A DNA stretch of 60,815 nt, filler included, from 5 parts of 5 records of this genome joined end to end with filler, not necessarily neighbours in it; one strand, 5' to 3'; counted from the whole stretch's first letter, positions 19,293 through 32,279 are shown. Notes: generated by a model from the sequence alone, not told the origin. Translations and numbers: made by a program.

Positions 19293-19781
19293 TCATTGCC
19301 CCTTAAGCGCCGCCTCAATCTCAGCAATGTTGATTTTTCTCATTTGCATCATCGCATCAAAGGCACGCTTAGCGATGCTAGGGTCGGGATTGGTAATCGC
19401 GTTCATTAGTACCGCCGGTGTTATCTGCCAAGACACGCCCCATTTATCCTTACACCAGCCACAGGCACTTTCTTCACCACCGTTGCTAACAATGGCATGC
19501 CAATAGTGATCCGTTTCGGCTTGATCATTCGTTGAGACTTGAAAAGAGAACGCCTCATTGTGTGTGATCGCAGCTCCACCGTTGAGCCCAAGGCACGGAA
19601 TGCCCATCACGGAAAACTCGACGGTTAATACATCCCCTTGTTTACCCGACGGAAAGTCTCCCGGTGCATAATGAACGGCCTTGATGAACGAATCAGGAAA
19701 GGTATCCGCGTAAAAGCGTGCAGCCTCTTCTGCGCGACCATCGTACCAAAGGCAAATAGTGTTCTTTGCGAAGCTTGTCAT
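19293..19781 (-). CDS. VOC / 3-demethylubiquinone-9 3-methyltransferase (PhnB-like) protein
   Basis: LNGG, CGWCKDKWGVSWQI. Confidence 0.88.
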   Translation of the reverse strand: MTSFAKNTICLWYDGRAEEAARFYADTFPDSFIKAVHYAPGDFPSGKQGDVLTVEFSVMGIPCLGLNGGAAITHNEAFSFQVSTNDQAETDHYWHAIVSNGGEESACGWCKDKWGVSWQITPAVLMNAITNPDPSIAKRAFDAMMQMRKINIAEIEAALKGQ

Positions 19782-19897
19782 GAGGTTTCTCCAAGATATG
19801 CGGACCTAATTGCACCTAGGTTTTCAGCTTAACGCATCTGATCTGCTTCGCCAGAGGGGATTTAAGAGGATGAAATACGGTGGTGAATGGTGAACAG

Positions 19898-20692
19898 TTA
19901 TTGGCTAATGGCTGTAGGGATGGTTTCGTCGTCGCGAAGTGTTAACACTTCAAAACCAGATGAGGTGACCGCAATCGTGTGCTCCCACTGTGCAGACAAC
20001 TTCTTGTCACTGGTAACCACTGTCCAGCCATCTTTCTTAGTTTTTATTTTGGCTTTCCCCTGGTTAACCATCGGTTCTATGGTAAATACCATACCCTCTT
20101 GTAAAGTCAGCCCTTTGCCCTTCTTCCCATAGTGCAACACCTGGGGCTCTTCGTGCATTTCTCGGCCAATTCCATGCCCACAATACTCACGAACGATAGA
20201 GTAGCCCTGCTTTTCAGCATATTGCTGAATCGCGTAACCTACATCACCTAACGTTGCGCCAGGCCTAACCGCGTGTATCCCTTGCCACATGGACTCGTAG
20301 GTTTTATCGACCAGCCGCTTGGCATAGGGCTTTACATCTCCAAGAAGGTACATCTTGCTTGAATCTGCGATAAACCCGCCCTTCTCTAAGGTAATATCGA
20401 CATTAACGATATCGCCTGACTTAAGTTTTTGCGTTTCAGATGGAATGCCATGACAAACCACATGGTTGACTGACGCGTTCAACACATACTGATAGCCATA
20501 CTGCCCCTTGCTGGCAGGGCGAGCCTGTAAATGATCAACGATATAATCTTCGGCCCAATGATTAATATCCATCGTGGAGATGCCGGGCACTATTTGTTTA
20601 TCGAGATAACTGAAAACTGAGGCGAGTAGCCGCCCCGCCTCGCGCATTACGCGCAGTTCCTCTGCACTTTTCAGCGTTACCTTAGCCACCAA
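19898..20692 (-). CDS. map: Type I methionine aminopeptidase
   Basis: VCHGIP, DIT...DSS, GHGIG..MHE, EPM, QWEHT. Confidence 0.95.
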   Translation of the reverse strand: MVAKVTLKSAEELRVMREAGRLLASVFSYLDKQIVPGISTMDINHWAEDYIVDHLQARPASKGQYGYQYVLNASVNHVVCHGIPSETQKLKSGDIVNVDITLEKGGFIADSSKMYLLGDVKPYAKRLVDKTYESMWQGIHAVRPGATLGDVGYAIQQYAEKQGYSIVREYCGHGIGREMHEEPQVLHYGKKGKGLTLQEGMVFTIEPMVNQGKAKIKTKKDGWTVVTSDKKLSAQWEHTIAVTSSGFEVLTLRDDETIPTAISQ

Positions 20693-20888
20693 TCACCTTC
20701 CTTAGATCGACATCGGCTTGCTGCATTTGGTCACGCATAATTTCAGAGAAGGTCATGCCCGGATTAGCCTCCGCGAGCATCCCTACTTTTATCCAATATT
20801 CAGCTTGGGCATTGATGGAACGCACCATCACCGAACTAGCCTTGCGCACGTCTTCGTGCAGCTGATCATTTATTTTCACGATCCCCAT
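20682..20888 (-). CDS. ParD-like family (RHH-type) small protein
   Basis: MGIVKI...RSINAQAEYW.K.G; overlaps the map start. Confidence 0.8.
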   Translation of the reverse strand: MGIVKINDQLHEDVRKASSVMVRSINAQAEYWIKVGMLAEANPGMTFSEIMRDQMQQADVDLRKVIGG

Positions 20889-21028
20889 AGCACTCTCTCA
20901 AAATATACGAAATGAATATGAAACATATACGAATCATATATTATCAAACATTGAGCGACAAGCTTCCCTGCCATTAGCGCAGCAGGCCACACCAATGTAT
21001 TGCGCTTGGTTAGCCGGGTTCGAAGATA

Positions 21029-21448
21029 TCAGGATCTGAAAAAACTAACGGAAGTGTGATTTGGCCGCACGACAAACCAGCTAGCCAGCACCAAGCCACC
21101 AAACAGGGTATAAACCACGATAAATACCCATTCAGGCATAGTGAAATAGAGCAGGCTCTGCAACCAGTATTGAATAAAAGAGCCCGTATAAGTGCCCGCA
21201 CCAGCCTTGGCTCGTAGCGCCATTTCCCACGTGGTTAATGGGCAAACGATCCCAAACCACGCCTGCACGACCACATAACCAATGGCACATAAATGAATGA
21301 CCCGGAATGTTCGATGCCGCACCCACTGCCATTGCAGAAAATACCCTGCGTAGATGGCTAGCAGGCCGACAACAACAAACGCCACAAACAAAACGTGGAG
21401 AATTAAAATCAAATCTGCCAAGCGTAACAGTAGCGTTTGTTCAGACAT
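21029..21448 (-). CDS. DUF2784-like membrane protein
   Basis: LADLIL.LH..F..FVV.G, CPLT.WE..LR, SFIQYWL. Confidence 0.75.
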   Translation of the reverse strand: MSEQTLLLRLADLILILHVLFVAFVVVGLLAIYAGYFLQWQWVRHRTFRVIHLCAIGYVVVQAWFGIVCPLTTWEMALRAKAGAGTYTGSFIQYWLQSLLYFTMPEWVFIVVYTLFGGLVLASWFVVRPNHTSVSFFRS

Positions 21449-21470
21449 AGTAATCTACGTGATCCTCACC

Positions 21471-22712
21471 TTACCCCAGAGCTTGAAGCGCACTGCGCAA
21501 ATGCTGGGTTAGATGGTCGGGGTGGACATCAGTCAACGACACAGTATCACACTGCTGGAAATGACAAAACTGGGTGATGGCATCCACAAAAGCCGTTACG
21601 ACGAGCCCCTCATCAAACGTATGTGGTTCGAAATGTAAGAACTTGATCTCTAAATGACGGCTTTTTCGATGGGCTTTACAATCCATACGCCCAATAAAGG
21701 CATCGCGATAAAGTAGCGGAAGGCAAAAATAGCCATACTGACGTTTGGCTTCAGGCACATAACATTCCAATTGATAATCATATTGAAAAAGCGCCTTGAG
21801 CCGTTCGCGCTGAATAACACTGTTATCGAATGGGGAAAGAATCAGCAGCCGGTTTTTCAACCTAGGCAACGGGCTCTCAAGTGCCCCCGCTTCCACTAGA
21901 AAGACCTCGCCACTGCTTACCTTTACGCTTTCTAACGTTCTCTGCGCTAACCTTTCGTTTACCAGATGTTTCACTGCATTGCGCAGCTCAGAGCTACGCC
22001 GTAGATAGGTAAAACCTTTGAGTGATGCAAACCCATGACAGCGTAATTGCTGGTCGACCATATGCGTCGCAAACTCTTCCACGCTGGGCATTTGCGTATT
22101 GATATGAGCTGGAAGTACCCGCTCGGTTAGATCATAGTTTTTTTGAAAACCTTCGCGGTCGCTGACCATCAGGTCGCCCTGCATATACAACTGTTCCAGT
22201 GCCTTTTTGGCAGGTTTCCAGTCCCACCAGCCTGAGCGTTTCGTCGTCGTGTTTTCCAGGTCTCGAGAGCGCAGCGGGCCATCTGATTCTATACGAGCCA
22301 ATAGCTCACTCATCAGCTTTTTGTCAGGGTTTCTGAACCAGTGCGTTTGGCCACTTTTGATGGTGTGTTTGTAGGGTAACGAAAAGCGAAAATCGTCGAT
22401 GGGTAAGAAAGCAGCCGCATGGGCCCAATATTCAAAGATGTCTCTATTGATCAACAACTGATGAATCATGTCTGGTTTGAACCCAGGCACTCGCGAATGA
22501 ACCACATGGTGATGGGCTCGCTCGACCACTGATATGGTGTCGATCTGAACATAACCCAGGTGATTAATCGCAGCACGGGTTCCAGCCAAACCGCGCCCGA
22601 ACGGCTGAACTTGCAGCAACCCTTGCGCAGCCAGGGCAACGCGACGTAAGCGCGCCAACGCTTGCGGACGTTCAATTTCAATCATCGTCGTACTTGCCTC
22701 AACGCTCGCCAT
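21471..22712 (-). CDS. ycaQ: YcaQ/AlkZ-family (HTH_42) crosslink-repair DNA glycosylase
   Basis: VQIDT catalytic QxD, FEYWAH, WWDWK, YDLTERVLP, LSPFD, RQYGY. Confidence 0.85.
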   Translation of the reverse strand: MASVEASTTMIEIERPQALARLRRVALAAQGLLQVQPFGRGLAGTRAAINHLGYVQIDTISVVERAHHHVVHSRVPGFKPDMIHQLLINRDIFEYWAHAAAFLPIDDFRFSLPYKHTIKSGQTHWFRNPDKKLMSELLARIESDGPLRSRDLENTTTKRSGWWDWKPAKKALEQLYMQGDLMVSDREGFQKNYDLTERVLPAHINTQMPSVEEFATHMVDQQLRCHGFASLKGFTYLRRSSELRNAVKHLVNERLAQRTLESVKVSSGEVFLVEAGALESPLPRLKNRLLILSPFDNSVIQRERLKALFQYDYQLECYVPEAKRQYGYFCLPLLYRDAFIGRMDCKAHRKSRHLEIKFLHFEPHTFDEGLVVTAFVDAITQFCHFQQCDTVSLTDVHPDHLTQHLRSALQALG

Positions 22713-22777
22713 AAACTGCGCGAAAGACGAGCGCCTGACGACCGTACTTAGTGTATTTAATGCGCTTTACTCAACAG

Positions 22778-23166
22778 CTACACACCGAGAAGGGGCAAAT
22801 GCTTAAGCCTGTGATACTTCAGTGCCAACTCGATGCAATGCCCTAATGGGACTTGCGCAATATTCATGCCCAAAGGGATCACAATAGCTCTCTTGCCTTC
22901 ATACTCAAATTCACTGCGATATATCTCTTTGAACGTTTCAATCAAACGCGTTTGGCAGTGAAAAAACACCTTAATAGCATCTGGGTCTTTCGCTTTCCAA
23001 TCGATGCGAATGGTCGTGCCTCCTTTAACAAGGTAACTAGCCTCTCCCCATTTGAGCACTTCTTCGACATCGCCCAACCCATCTTCAGCCGCTATTGTCA
23101 GAATAAGCTGCCGCACACGCTCAAGCTGCCGCCGAGCGCTTTTCGGATAGGTTTCAAACTTAGCCT
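22778..23166 (-). CDS. DUF1801 (YdhG-like) protein, 5'-truncated by the contig end
   Basis: EEVLKWGEASY, FHCQT.LIETF; the reading frame runs to the gap. Confidence 0.75.
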
Positions 23167-23266
23167 NNNNNNNNNNNNNNNNNNNNNNNNNNNNNNNNNN
23201 NNNNNNNNNNTTAATTAATTAANNNNNNNNNNNNNNNNNNNNNNNNNNNNNNNNNNNNNNNNNNNN
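23167..23266. other. Artificial contig-join spacer
   Basis: N44-TTAATTAATTAA-N44 (stops in all six frames). Confidence 0.99.
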
Positions 23267-23294
23267 CCTTTCGCGGGCTGGGCCCGCTCCCACA
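23267..23294 (-). repeat. GTAG/GTGG-type REP palindrome
   Basis: TGTGGGAGCGGGCCCAGCCCGCGAAAGG on the minus strand. Confidence 0.85.
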
Positions 23295-23315
23295 ATAAGA
23301 GGAAAGGAGGCCTCT

Positions 23316-24273
<958 letters not shown>

Positions 24274-24274
<1 letters not shown>

Positions 24275-24846
24275 TGCGTCACCCTGCCCTGCCGGCGTTG
24301 CTTGTGATGCTGTTCGCCCTGTCCGGCTGCGCCGCCCTGACCAAGAACATGGCCCAGGAACCGGTCGACCGGGACCACGGCTCGCGCACCTTCGGCGCCT
24401 TCGTGGAAGACGGCAATATCGAGCGCAAGATCAAGGTGAACCTGGCCCGCGCCAGCGAGGCCCTGGATCAGAGCCACATCGTGGTGGTGAGTTTTAACGG
24501 CAACGTGCTGCTGGCCGGCGAAGTCACCAGCGACGACCTGCGCATGCAGGCGGAAAACATCGCCGCCCGCGTGCGCCATGTACGCCACGTGCACAATGAA
24601 CTGAAGCTGTCCGGCGACAGCGGCGTGCTGGCGCGCGTGAACGACGGCTGGCTGACCACCAAGCTGAAAACCCGCCTGTTCGTGGACGGCGATGCGCCGG
24701 GGATGCGCACCAAGGTGGTGACGGTAAGCGGTATTGTCTATCTGATGGGTTTGCTCACCCGCGACGAGGCCGACGCCGTGGTGGCGCAGGCCCGTGAGGT
24801 CGGGGGTGTTCAGAAGATCGTTAAGATTATCGAGTATATTGATTAA
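24274..24846 (+). CDS. Dual-BON-domain lipoprotein (DolP/YraP-like)
   Basis: LSGC lipobox, two BON repeats, synteny with yraN-gmhA. Confidence 0.9.
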
Positions 24847-25248
24847 TCACTTCACGACTTTGAGGTGACTGCCCTTGGAGGGTTTGTCGTCGTCGCTGGG
24901 GTCGGTCGGTGACGGCTGCGGCGGCGGGTCCTCGGGTTCGAAGGCCATGCCCTGGCCGTTTTCGCGGGCGAACACGGCCATCACCGCTTCCACCGGCACG
25001 CGCACCGTGCGCGGCACGCCGCCGAAGCGGGCGGAAAAGGTGATTTCCTGATTGCTGGCCTCGAAATTGGTCACCGCCCGCGGGGCGATGTTGAGTACGA
25101 TCTGGCCGTCCTGCACGAATTCCTGGGGCACTTCCGCCCCGGGAAAATGGGCGTCCACCGCCAGATGGGTGGTCAGGCCGTTATCGCAGATCCATTCGTG
25201 CATCGCCCGTATCAGATACGGGCGATTGGGGGTCATGTCATCATTCAT
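24847..25248 (-). CDS. sspB: ClpXP adaptor SspB
   Basis: RPYLIRA..EW, IVLNI, ARFGG, C-terminal LKVVK ClpX-binding tail. Confidence 0.95.
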   Translation of the reverse strand: MNDDMTPNRPYLIRAMHEWICDNGLTTHLAVDAHFPGAEVPQEFVQDGQIVLNIAPRAVTNFEASNQEITFSARFGGVPRTVRVPVEAVMAVFARENGQGMAFEPEDPPPQPSPTDPSDDDKPSKGSHLKVVK

Positions 25249-25251
25249 GGC

Positions 25252-25887
25252 TTACAGCTGGCGCAGTTCGCGCTCTGCTTCGGAAAGGCTGGCCTGGAAG
25301 GCGTCACGGTCGAACAACCGCTCGGCGTAGTCCAGCAGCGGCTTGGCCTGCTTGGGCGGCAGTTCAATGCCCAGTGCCGGCAACCGCCACAGGATCGGGC
25401 CCACGACGCAATCCACCAGGGTGAATTCTTCGCTCATGAAGAACGGCAGCTCGCTGAAGATCGGCGCGGTGGCGATCATCGCTTCGCGCAGCTCTTTACG
25501 ACGCTTGGTCAGGGCGGCCTCTTTCTCGTTGCCCGCCAGCAGGGCGTCCACATGGGCGCACCAGTCGCGCTCGACGCGGTGAATCAGCAGGCGGCTCTGC
25601 GCCCGGGCCACCGGGTACACCGGCAACAGCGGCGGATGCGGGAAGCGCTCGTCCAGGTATTCCATGATCACCGTGGACTGATACAGGGTCAGTTCCCGGT
25701 CCACCAGGGTGGGCACTTCGTTGTAAGGGTTCAGTGAGGCCAGATCTTCCGGCTTGTCACCATTGTCCACATCGACGATATCCACGGTGACGCCTTTCTC
25801 CGCCAGAACGATCCGCACGCGATGGCAGTAATGATCGTTCGGCGAGGAAAAGAAAGTCATTGAGGAACGTTTTGTCACCACACCCAT
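25252..25887 (-). CDS. sspA: Stringent starvation protein A
   Basis: [27 protein letters not shown]. Confidence 0.95.
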   Translation of the reverse strand: MGVVTKRSSMTFFSSPNDHYCHRVRIVLAEKGVTVDIVDVDNGDKPEDLASLNPYNEVPTLVDRELTLYQSTVIMEYLDERFPHPPLLPVYPVARAQSRLLIHRVERDWCAHVDALLAGNEKEAALTKRRKELREAMIATAPIFSELPFFMSEEFTLVDCVVGPILWRLPALGIELPPKQAKPLLDYAERLFDRDAFQASLSEAERELRQL

Positions 25888-25992
25888 GGTTGAATCATCT
25901 CCACGCTACGTCTCTATATAACACAAACAGGGTAGCCGCTCGCGCGGGTACCCTGTTGCTCGCCGAAAAGCGTTCCGAGCGGTAATTTCCGC

Positions 25993-26652
25993 TTAGTGAA
26001 CGTCTTTCCAGTACTCTTTCTTCAGCAGGTATGCCGGAATCAGCAAAATACCCAGGAACACCAGCACGTACACGCCGATGCGCTCGCGGGTGGGAGCCAT
26101 CGGCTCGGCCGCGTAGGTCATAAAGTTGGCGATGTCGCCCATATTGGACTTGAACTCTTCCTCGCTCAACTCCTCCTGCATCCCGGCCATCACGTGGGGC
26201 ATGCCCACGTTGGGGAACACATGGTTGTTGTAACCGAAGGGCCGTTCCTCGTCCTCGTAGAAGCTGATCAGGTAAGAATACACCCAATCGGCGGAGCGGT
26301 GGCGGGCGGCCAGCGTCAGGTCCGGCGGGGTAACGCCGAACCACTGCTTGCCGTCTTCCTCGGCCATGCCGTTTTCCATCGGGTCACCGATCTTATCGCT
26401 GGTGAAGTTCAGGTTCTCCAACACCAGGTCATCGGGGATGCCCAGATCTTCCGCCATGCGCCCGTAGCGCAGGTACTCCATGCTGTGGCAGCCCATGCAG
26501 TAGTTGACGAACAACTTGGCACCGTTCTGCAGGCTTACCTTGTCCTGCAGGTTCACCGGTGCGTCCACCACGTATTCATTGTTGCCGCCGCCGGCGGCGA
26601 ACGACATCACCGGCAGGCAGCTGAAAAGCATTACCGCGACTAGCTTTCTCAT
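25993..26652 (-). CDS. petC: Cytochrome c1
   Basis: CMGCH heme motif, PPDL, MPHV, C-terminal TM. Confidence 0.95.
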   Translation of the reverse strand: MRKLVAVMLFSCLPVMSFAAGGGNNEYVVDAPVNLQDKVSLQNGAKLFVNYCMGCHSMEYLRYGRMAEDLGIPDDLVLENLNFTSDKIGDPMENGMAEEDGKQWFGVTPPDLTLAARHRSADWVYSYLISFYEDEERPFGYNNHVFPNVGMPHVMAGMQEELSEEEFKSNMGDIANFMTYAAEPMAPTRERIGVYVLVFLGILLIPAYLLKKEYWKDVH

Positions 26653-27938
26653 CAGTGACCCCCCGTTACGCGTTCAGGAACCGGCTTGGCTTTCTCGAAT
26701 CGGTGCGCCAGCGGCAGCCCGATAAAGAAGAAGGCGAAGTAGTACACCGTGCCGATCTGCGCCAGGGTCTTGGCCAGGCCCGAAGCGGGCTGGGTGCCGA
26801 GATAACCGAGCATCACGAAGTCGGCGGCGAACACGAGCAGCAGGAGCTTGCTGAGCCAGCCTTTGTAGCGAATCGATTTGACCGGGTGACGATCCAGCCA
26901 GGGCAGCAGGAACAGCACCACGATACCACCGCCCATGGCGATCAGGCCCCAGGCCTTGGACGACATGCCGAACCAGTCGATGGTGGTGGCCCGCAGCATG
27001 GCGTAGTAAGGACCGTAGTACCACACCGGTGCGATGTGATCCGGGGTCTTGAGCGGATCCGCCGGTACGAAGTTGGGCTTCTCGATCAGATAGCCGCCGC
27101 CGGTGGGGAAGAAGAACACCACCACGGCGAAGATGATCAGGAAGATGATCACGCCGGGCAGGTCTTTCACGGTGTAGTAGGGGTGGAACGGGATGCCGTC
27201 ACGCGGGATGCCGTTCTCGTCCTTGTTCTGCTTGATTTCCACGCCGTCCGGGTTGTTGGAACCGACTTCGTGGAGCGCAAGAATGTGCAGGAACACCAGC
27301 GCCACCAGCACCAGCGGAATCGCCACCACGTGCAGGGCGAAGAACTTGTTCACCGTGGCGGTGGACAGCAGGTAGTCGCCGCGCACCCAGGTGGTGAGGG
27401 CGTCGCCGATCTCCTTGGCGTCCTTGGCGTCGATGAACGGCAGGATGTCGAACGGAATCGCGCCGGCCAGGGAGATGATCACCTGGGCGCCCCAGTAGGA
27501 CATGTTGCCCCAGGGCAGCACGTAGCCGAGGAAACCTTCCGCCATCAGGGCCACGTAGATCAGCATGCCGAAGATCCACACCAGCTCGCGGGGCGGCTTG
27601 TAGGAGCCGTACAGCAGGCCGCGGAACATATGCAGGTAGACCACGGCGAAGAAGGCGGACGCGCCCACCGCGTGCATGTAGCGGATCAGCCAGCCCCACT
27701 GCACGTCGCGCATGATGAACTCGACGGACTCGAAGCCCTGGCTGGGGGAGTAGAACATGGTCAGCCAGATGCCGGTGAGCAGCTGGTTGACCAGCACCAC
27801 CATGGACAGCACGCCAAAGTAGTACCAGAAATTGAAGTTCTTCGGAGCGTAGTACTCCGACATGTGCTTCTTGTAAGCGTTGACGACGGGGAGACGCGCA
27901 TCCACCCAGTCGATCAGACCGTTCACCATTCTCATCAT
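26652..27938 (-). CDS. petB: Cytochrome b (bc1 complex)
   Basis: RYMH, YLHMFRG, PWGNMSYW, PVWY Qo motif. Confidence 0.97.
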   Translation of the reverse strand: MMRMVNGLIDWVDARLPVVNAYKKHMSEYYAPKNFNFWYYFGVLSMVVLVNQLLTGIWLTMFYSPSQGFESVEFIMRDVQWGWLIRYMHAVGASAFFAVVYLHMFRGLLYGSYKPPRELVWIFGMLIYVALMAEGFLGYVLPWGNMSYWGAQVIISLAGAIPFDILPFIDAKDAKEIGDALTTWVRGDYLLSTATVNKFFALHVVAIPLVLVALVFLHILALHEVGSNNPDGVEIKQNKDENGIPRDGIPFHPYYTVKDLPGVIIFLIIFAVVVFFFPTGGGYLIEKPNFVPADPLKTPDHIAPVWYYGPYYAMLRATTIDWFGMSSKAWGLIAMGGGIVVLFLLPWLDRHPVKSIRYKGWLSKLLLLVFAADFVMLGYLGTQPASGLAKTLAQIGTVYYFAFFFIGLPLAHRFEKAKPVPERVTGGH

Positions 27939-28522
27939 GCCTTGGTCTCCCCTTCTTCAGAGCCGACGATAACCACGGACTCGCTCAGGTAGGAATGGGG
28001 CGGCACCACCATGTTGGTCGGCGCCGGCACGCCCTGGTAGACGCGGCCCGCCAGGTCGAACTTGGAACCGTGGCAAGGGCAGAAGAAGCCACCCTCCTTG
28101 AGTTCTACGGTGGGTTCTTCTTCGTACAGAGGAGAACACCCCAGATGCGTGCAGATGCCGATCAGGATCAGATATTCTTTTTTGATCGAGCGCCACAGGC
28201 TGGACGCATAGGCAGGCTGCTGGTCTTCTTCGGATTGCGGGTCCTTGAGCTGGTCGTTCAGCTTGTCGAGCGCCGAGACCGTCTCTTCGGAGCGGCGGAT
28301 CACCCACACGGGCTGGCCTCGCCATTCCTGTACCACGCGCTGGCCCATCTCCAGCTTGCTGATATCCACCTGGACCGGGGCCCCCGCGTTTTCAGCTTTG
28401 GCGCTGGGCTGCCAGGATTTAACAAAAGGAACCGCCGCGCCTAATGCACCCGCGGCGCCGACTGCTGAGGTCAGGCCGATCAAAAAGGTGCGGCGGCTGG
28501 TGTTTACGCCGTCATTGCTCAT
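27935..28522 (-). CDS. petA: Rieske iron-sulfur subunit
   Basis: Tat SRRTFL, CTHLGC, CPCHGS. Confidence 0.97.
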   Translation of the reverse strand: MSNDGVNTSRRTFLIGLTSAVGAAGALGAAVPFVKSWQPSAKAENAGAPVQVDISKLEMGQRVVQEWRGQPVWVIRRSEETVSALDKLNDQLKDPQSEEDQQPAYASSLWRSIKKEYLILIGICTHLGCSPLYEEEPTVELKEGGFFCPCHGSKFDLAGRVYQGVPAPTNMVVPPHSYLSESVVIVGSEEGETKA

Positions 28523-28687
28523 TGAGAAGTTCTCCCCTTAAATCCCACGCTCGGGGGGTGATCCGAGACTCGAGGTCGGTCCTCGTGCTCCGGGCGGAGT
28601 AAGGCGGCGCAAATGTTAATGAAAAAGCCCACATCTGACAACCGGTTATTCCCCACGGGCAAACCGCTAAACCCCTGATTTGCACAC

Positions 28688-28717
28688 AAAAAAAGCCCAG
28701 CAAAGCCGGGCTTTTTT
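28688..28717. terminator. Intrinsic terminator after rpsI
   Basis: AAAAAAAGCCC...GGGCTTTTTT. Confidence 0.75.
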
Positions 28718-28746
28718 CGGGCGTAAAACGGCTCTGAACGGCCGTC

Positions 28747-29142
28747 TTAGCGCTTGGAGAACTGCGGACGCTTACGCGCCTTGTGCAGACCCACCTTCTT
28801 ACGTTCCACGGCGCGGGCGTCACGGGTGACGTACCCGGCGCGGCGCAGGGAACCGCGCAGCTCGCCGTCGTACTCCATCAGCGCACGGGTAATACCGTGA
28901 CGGATGGCACCGGCCTGGCCGTTGTTGCCACCGCCGCTGACGGTCACGTAGACGTCGAACCGGTCCAGCGCGTCGGCCAGCTCGAGGGGCTGACGCACCA
29001 CCATGCGGTTGGTGTCGCGACCGAAATAAACGTCAAGCGGACGACCATTCACGGTGATGTTACCGCTGCCCGGACGAAGAAAAACACGTGCGGCGGCCGT
29101 TTTGCGGCGACCTGTTCCGTAGTCGGCGTTTGCAGTTGCCAT
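28747..29142 (-). CDS. rpsI: 30S ribosomal protein S9
   Basis: [25 protein letters not shown]. Confidence 0.99.
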   Translation of the reverse strand: MATANADYGTGRRKTAAARVFLRPGSGNITVNGRPLDVYFGRDTNRMVVRQPLELADALDRFDVYVTVSGGGNNGQAGAIRHGITRALMEYDGELRGSLRRAGYVTRDARAVERKKVGLHKARKRPQFSKR

Positions 29143-29153
29143 CGACTGACCTC

Positions 29154-29582
29154 TTAAATTTCCAGCTGCTGCGGCTGCTGAGCAGTGTGCGGATGCTCGG
29201 TGCCGGCGTAGACTTTGAGTTTGCGCAACATGTCGCGACCCAGGGGGTTACGCGGCATCATGCCTTTAACGGCTTTCTCGATCACCAACTGAGGCTTGGA
29301 ATTGATCAGCGTCTCGAAGTTGGCTTCCTTGATGCCGCCCGGGTATCCGGTGTGGCGGTAGTACATCTTATCGGTGGCTTTTTTGCCAGTGACCGCCACC
29401 TTTTCCGCGTTGATCACAACGATGTAATCGCCGGTATCAACGTGCGGGGTGTATTCCGGTTTATGCTTGCCACGCAGCCGGGTGGCGACTTCTGAGGCCA
29501 GCCGGCCCAGCGTTTTGCCGGAGGCGTCTACCACATACCAGTCGCGCTTTACGCTTTCCGGTTTGGCGCTGTAGGTCTTCAT
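29154..29582 (-). CDS. rplM: 50S ribosomal protein L13
   Basis: [27 protein letters not shown]. Confidence 0.99.
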   Translation of the reverse strand: MKTYSAKPESVKRDWYVVDASGKTLGRLASEVATRLRGKHKPEYTPHVDTGDYIVVINAEKVAVTGKKATDKMYYRHTGYPGGIKEANFETLINSKPQLVIEKAVKGMMPRNPLGRDMLRKLKVYAGTEHPHTAQQPQQLEI

Positions 29583-29714
29583 GGGAGTCTTCCCTAAAAA
29601 TTGTGCCCTGAATTCATAACGTTACGGGTAATACCAACCCTCCGGCGAGAGCCCGCCGGGCAAGAGGGTGCGAATTGTACTGAACGCCCCCGGCAAAGAC
29701 AAGCGTAAAGACGC

Positions 29715-29741
29715 CCTTTCGCGGGCTGGGCCCGCTCCCAC
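29715..29741 (-). repeat. REP palindrome (same family as 23267)
   Basis: CCTTTCGCGGGCTGGGCCCGCTCCCAC at the contig end. Confidence 0.85.
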
Positions 29742-29841
29742 NNNNNNNNNNNNNNNNNNNNNNNNNNNNNNNNNNNNNNNNNNNNTTAATTAATTAANNN
29801 NNNNNNNNNNNNNNNNNNNNNNNNNNNNNNNNNNNNNNNNN
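29742..29841. other. Artificial contig-join spacer
   Basis: N44-TTAATTAATTAA-N44. Confidence 0.99.
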
Positions 29842-29866
29842 GGGAGCGGGCCCCGCCCGCGAAAGG
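29842..29866 (+). repeat. REP palindrome variant
   Basis: GGGAGCGGGCCCCGCCCGCGAAAGG at the contig start. Confidence 0.8.
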
Positions 29867-30010
29867 CCGGCTAAGCCGGCCGGCAGGATTCCAGAAACCT
29901 TTTTTACCGCACCCAAAACGAGAGCGCCCCGACCGCGGGAGAACGGTCAGGGCGCACAGGGAGGCACGACACCGCGCGGGCACGCGGCGAGGTGTGTTCG
30001 GGACGGGCCG

Positions 30011-30925
30011 TTATTCGGCGGCCATCACCGGCTTCACGTAGGAAATCGGTGCGTTTTCCGCGTCCTCGAAGGTCACCAGTTCCCAAGCGTCTTCCTGCTT
30101 GAGCAGCTCACGCAGGAGGGCGTTGTTGAGCGCGTGGCCGGATTTATGACCCACGAACTCGCCGATCAGGCTGTGACCGAGCTGGTACAGGTCACCGATG
30201 GCGTCGAGCATCTTGTGTTTGACGAACTCGTCGTCATAACGCAGGCCGTCCTCGTTGAGGATGCGGTACTCGTCCACCACGATGGCGTTGTCCACGCTGC
30301 CGCCCAGCGCCAGGTTCTGGCTGCGCAGGAACTCGATGTCGCGCATGAACCCGAAGGTCCGGGCCCGCGCCACTTCCTTCACGAACGACGTGGAGGAAAA
30401 GTCGATGCTGGCCACCTGGTTGCGCTCTTCGAACACCGGGTGATCGAATTCGATCGAGAACGTCACCTTGAAGCCATCGAACGGTTTGAAGGTGGCCACT
30501 TTGTCGTCCTCGCGGACGGTGACTTCCTTCTTGATGCGGATGAACTTCTTGGCGGCGTCCTGCTCCTTGATGCCCGCGGACTGCAGCAAGAACACGAAAG
30601 GACCGGCACTGCCGTCCATGATCGGCACTTCCGGCGCCGACAACTCCACGTAGGCGTTGTCGATGCCCAGACCGGCCATGGCGGAAAGCAGGTGTTCCAC
30701 GGTGCCCACTTTGACGCCGTCTTGAACCAGCGTGGTGGAGAGCGTGGTTTCACCGACTTTATCGGCGCCGGCGGGGATTTCCACCACCGGATCCAGGTCC
30801 ACCCGGCGGAATACGATGCCGGCGTTCGCGGGCGCCGGGCGCACCGTCAGGTACACCTTTTCACCGGTGTGAAGACCCACGCCGGTGGCGCGAATCACAT
30901 TTTTGAGAGTTCGTTGTCTGATCAT
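30011..30925 (-). CDS. lpxC: UDP-3-O-acyl-GlcNAc deacetylase
   Basis: TVEHL, ARTFGF, HKMLD, KSGH. Confidence 0.98.
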   Translation of the reverse strand: MIRQRTLKNVIRATGVGLHTGEKVYLTVRPAPANAGIVFRRVDLDPVVEIPAGADKVGETTLSTTLVQDGVKVGTVEHLLSAMAGLGIDNAYVELSAPEVPIMDGSAGPFVFLLQSAGIKEQDAAKKFIRIKKEVTVREDDKVATFKPFDGFKVTFSIEFDHPVFEERNQVASIDFSSTSFVKEVARARTFGFMRDIEFLRSQNLALGGSVDNAIVVDEYRILNEDGLRYDDEFVKHKMLDAIGDLYQLGHSLIGEFVGHKSGHALNNALLRELLKQEDAWELVTFEDAENAPISYVKPVMAAE

Positions 30926-31034
30926 CGATCCGTCACAAATCCGTCGGTATCCCGGAGGATACGGGTATCCTCAACGCGAAATAAGGGGGCGATGATAGCA
31001 AATCTCCCCTTTTCGCACCATATTTCCAACGCCG

Positions 31035-32201
<1,167 letters not shown>

Positions 32202-32279
32202 GGTTGATCTCCCGTTAATGCTTCCCTGTTTACTGCTTTTCCCAAAACCGGCCGGACCATCCGACCGCTTCTGAAACCT

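Noticed and set aside
20682-20888. Toxin-antitoxin system
   Set aside because: No toxin gene is adjacent; the partner gene is map.
23211-23222. TTAATTAATTAA palindrome (also at 29786, 48171, 54631) and ORFs running into the N runs
   Set aside because: This is a synthetic six-frame-stop linker.
26652-27938. PVWY instead of PEWY in cytochrome b
   Set aside because: This is a known normal variant in beta- and gammaproteobacteria.
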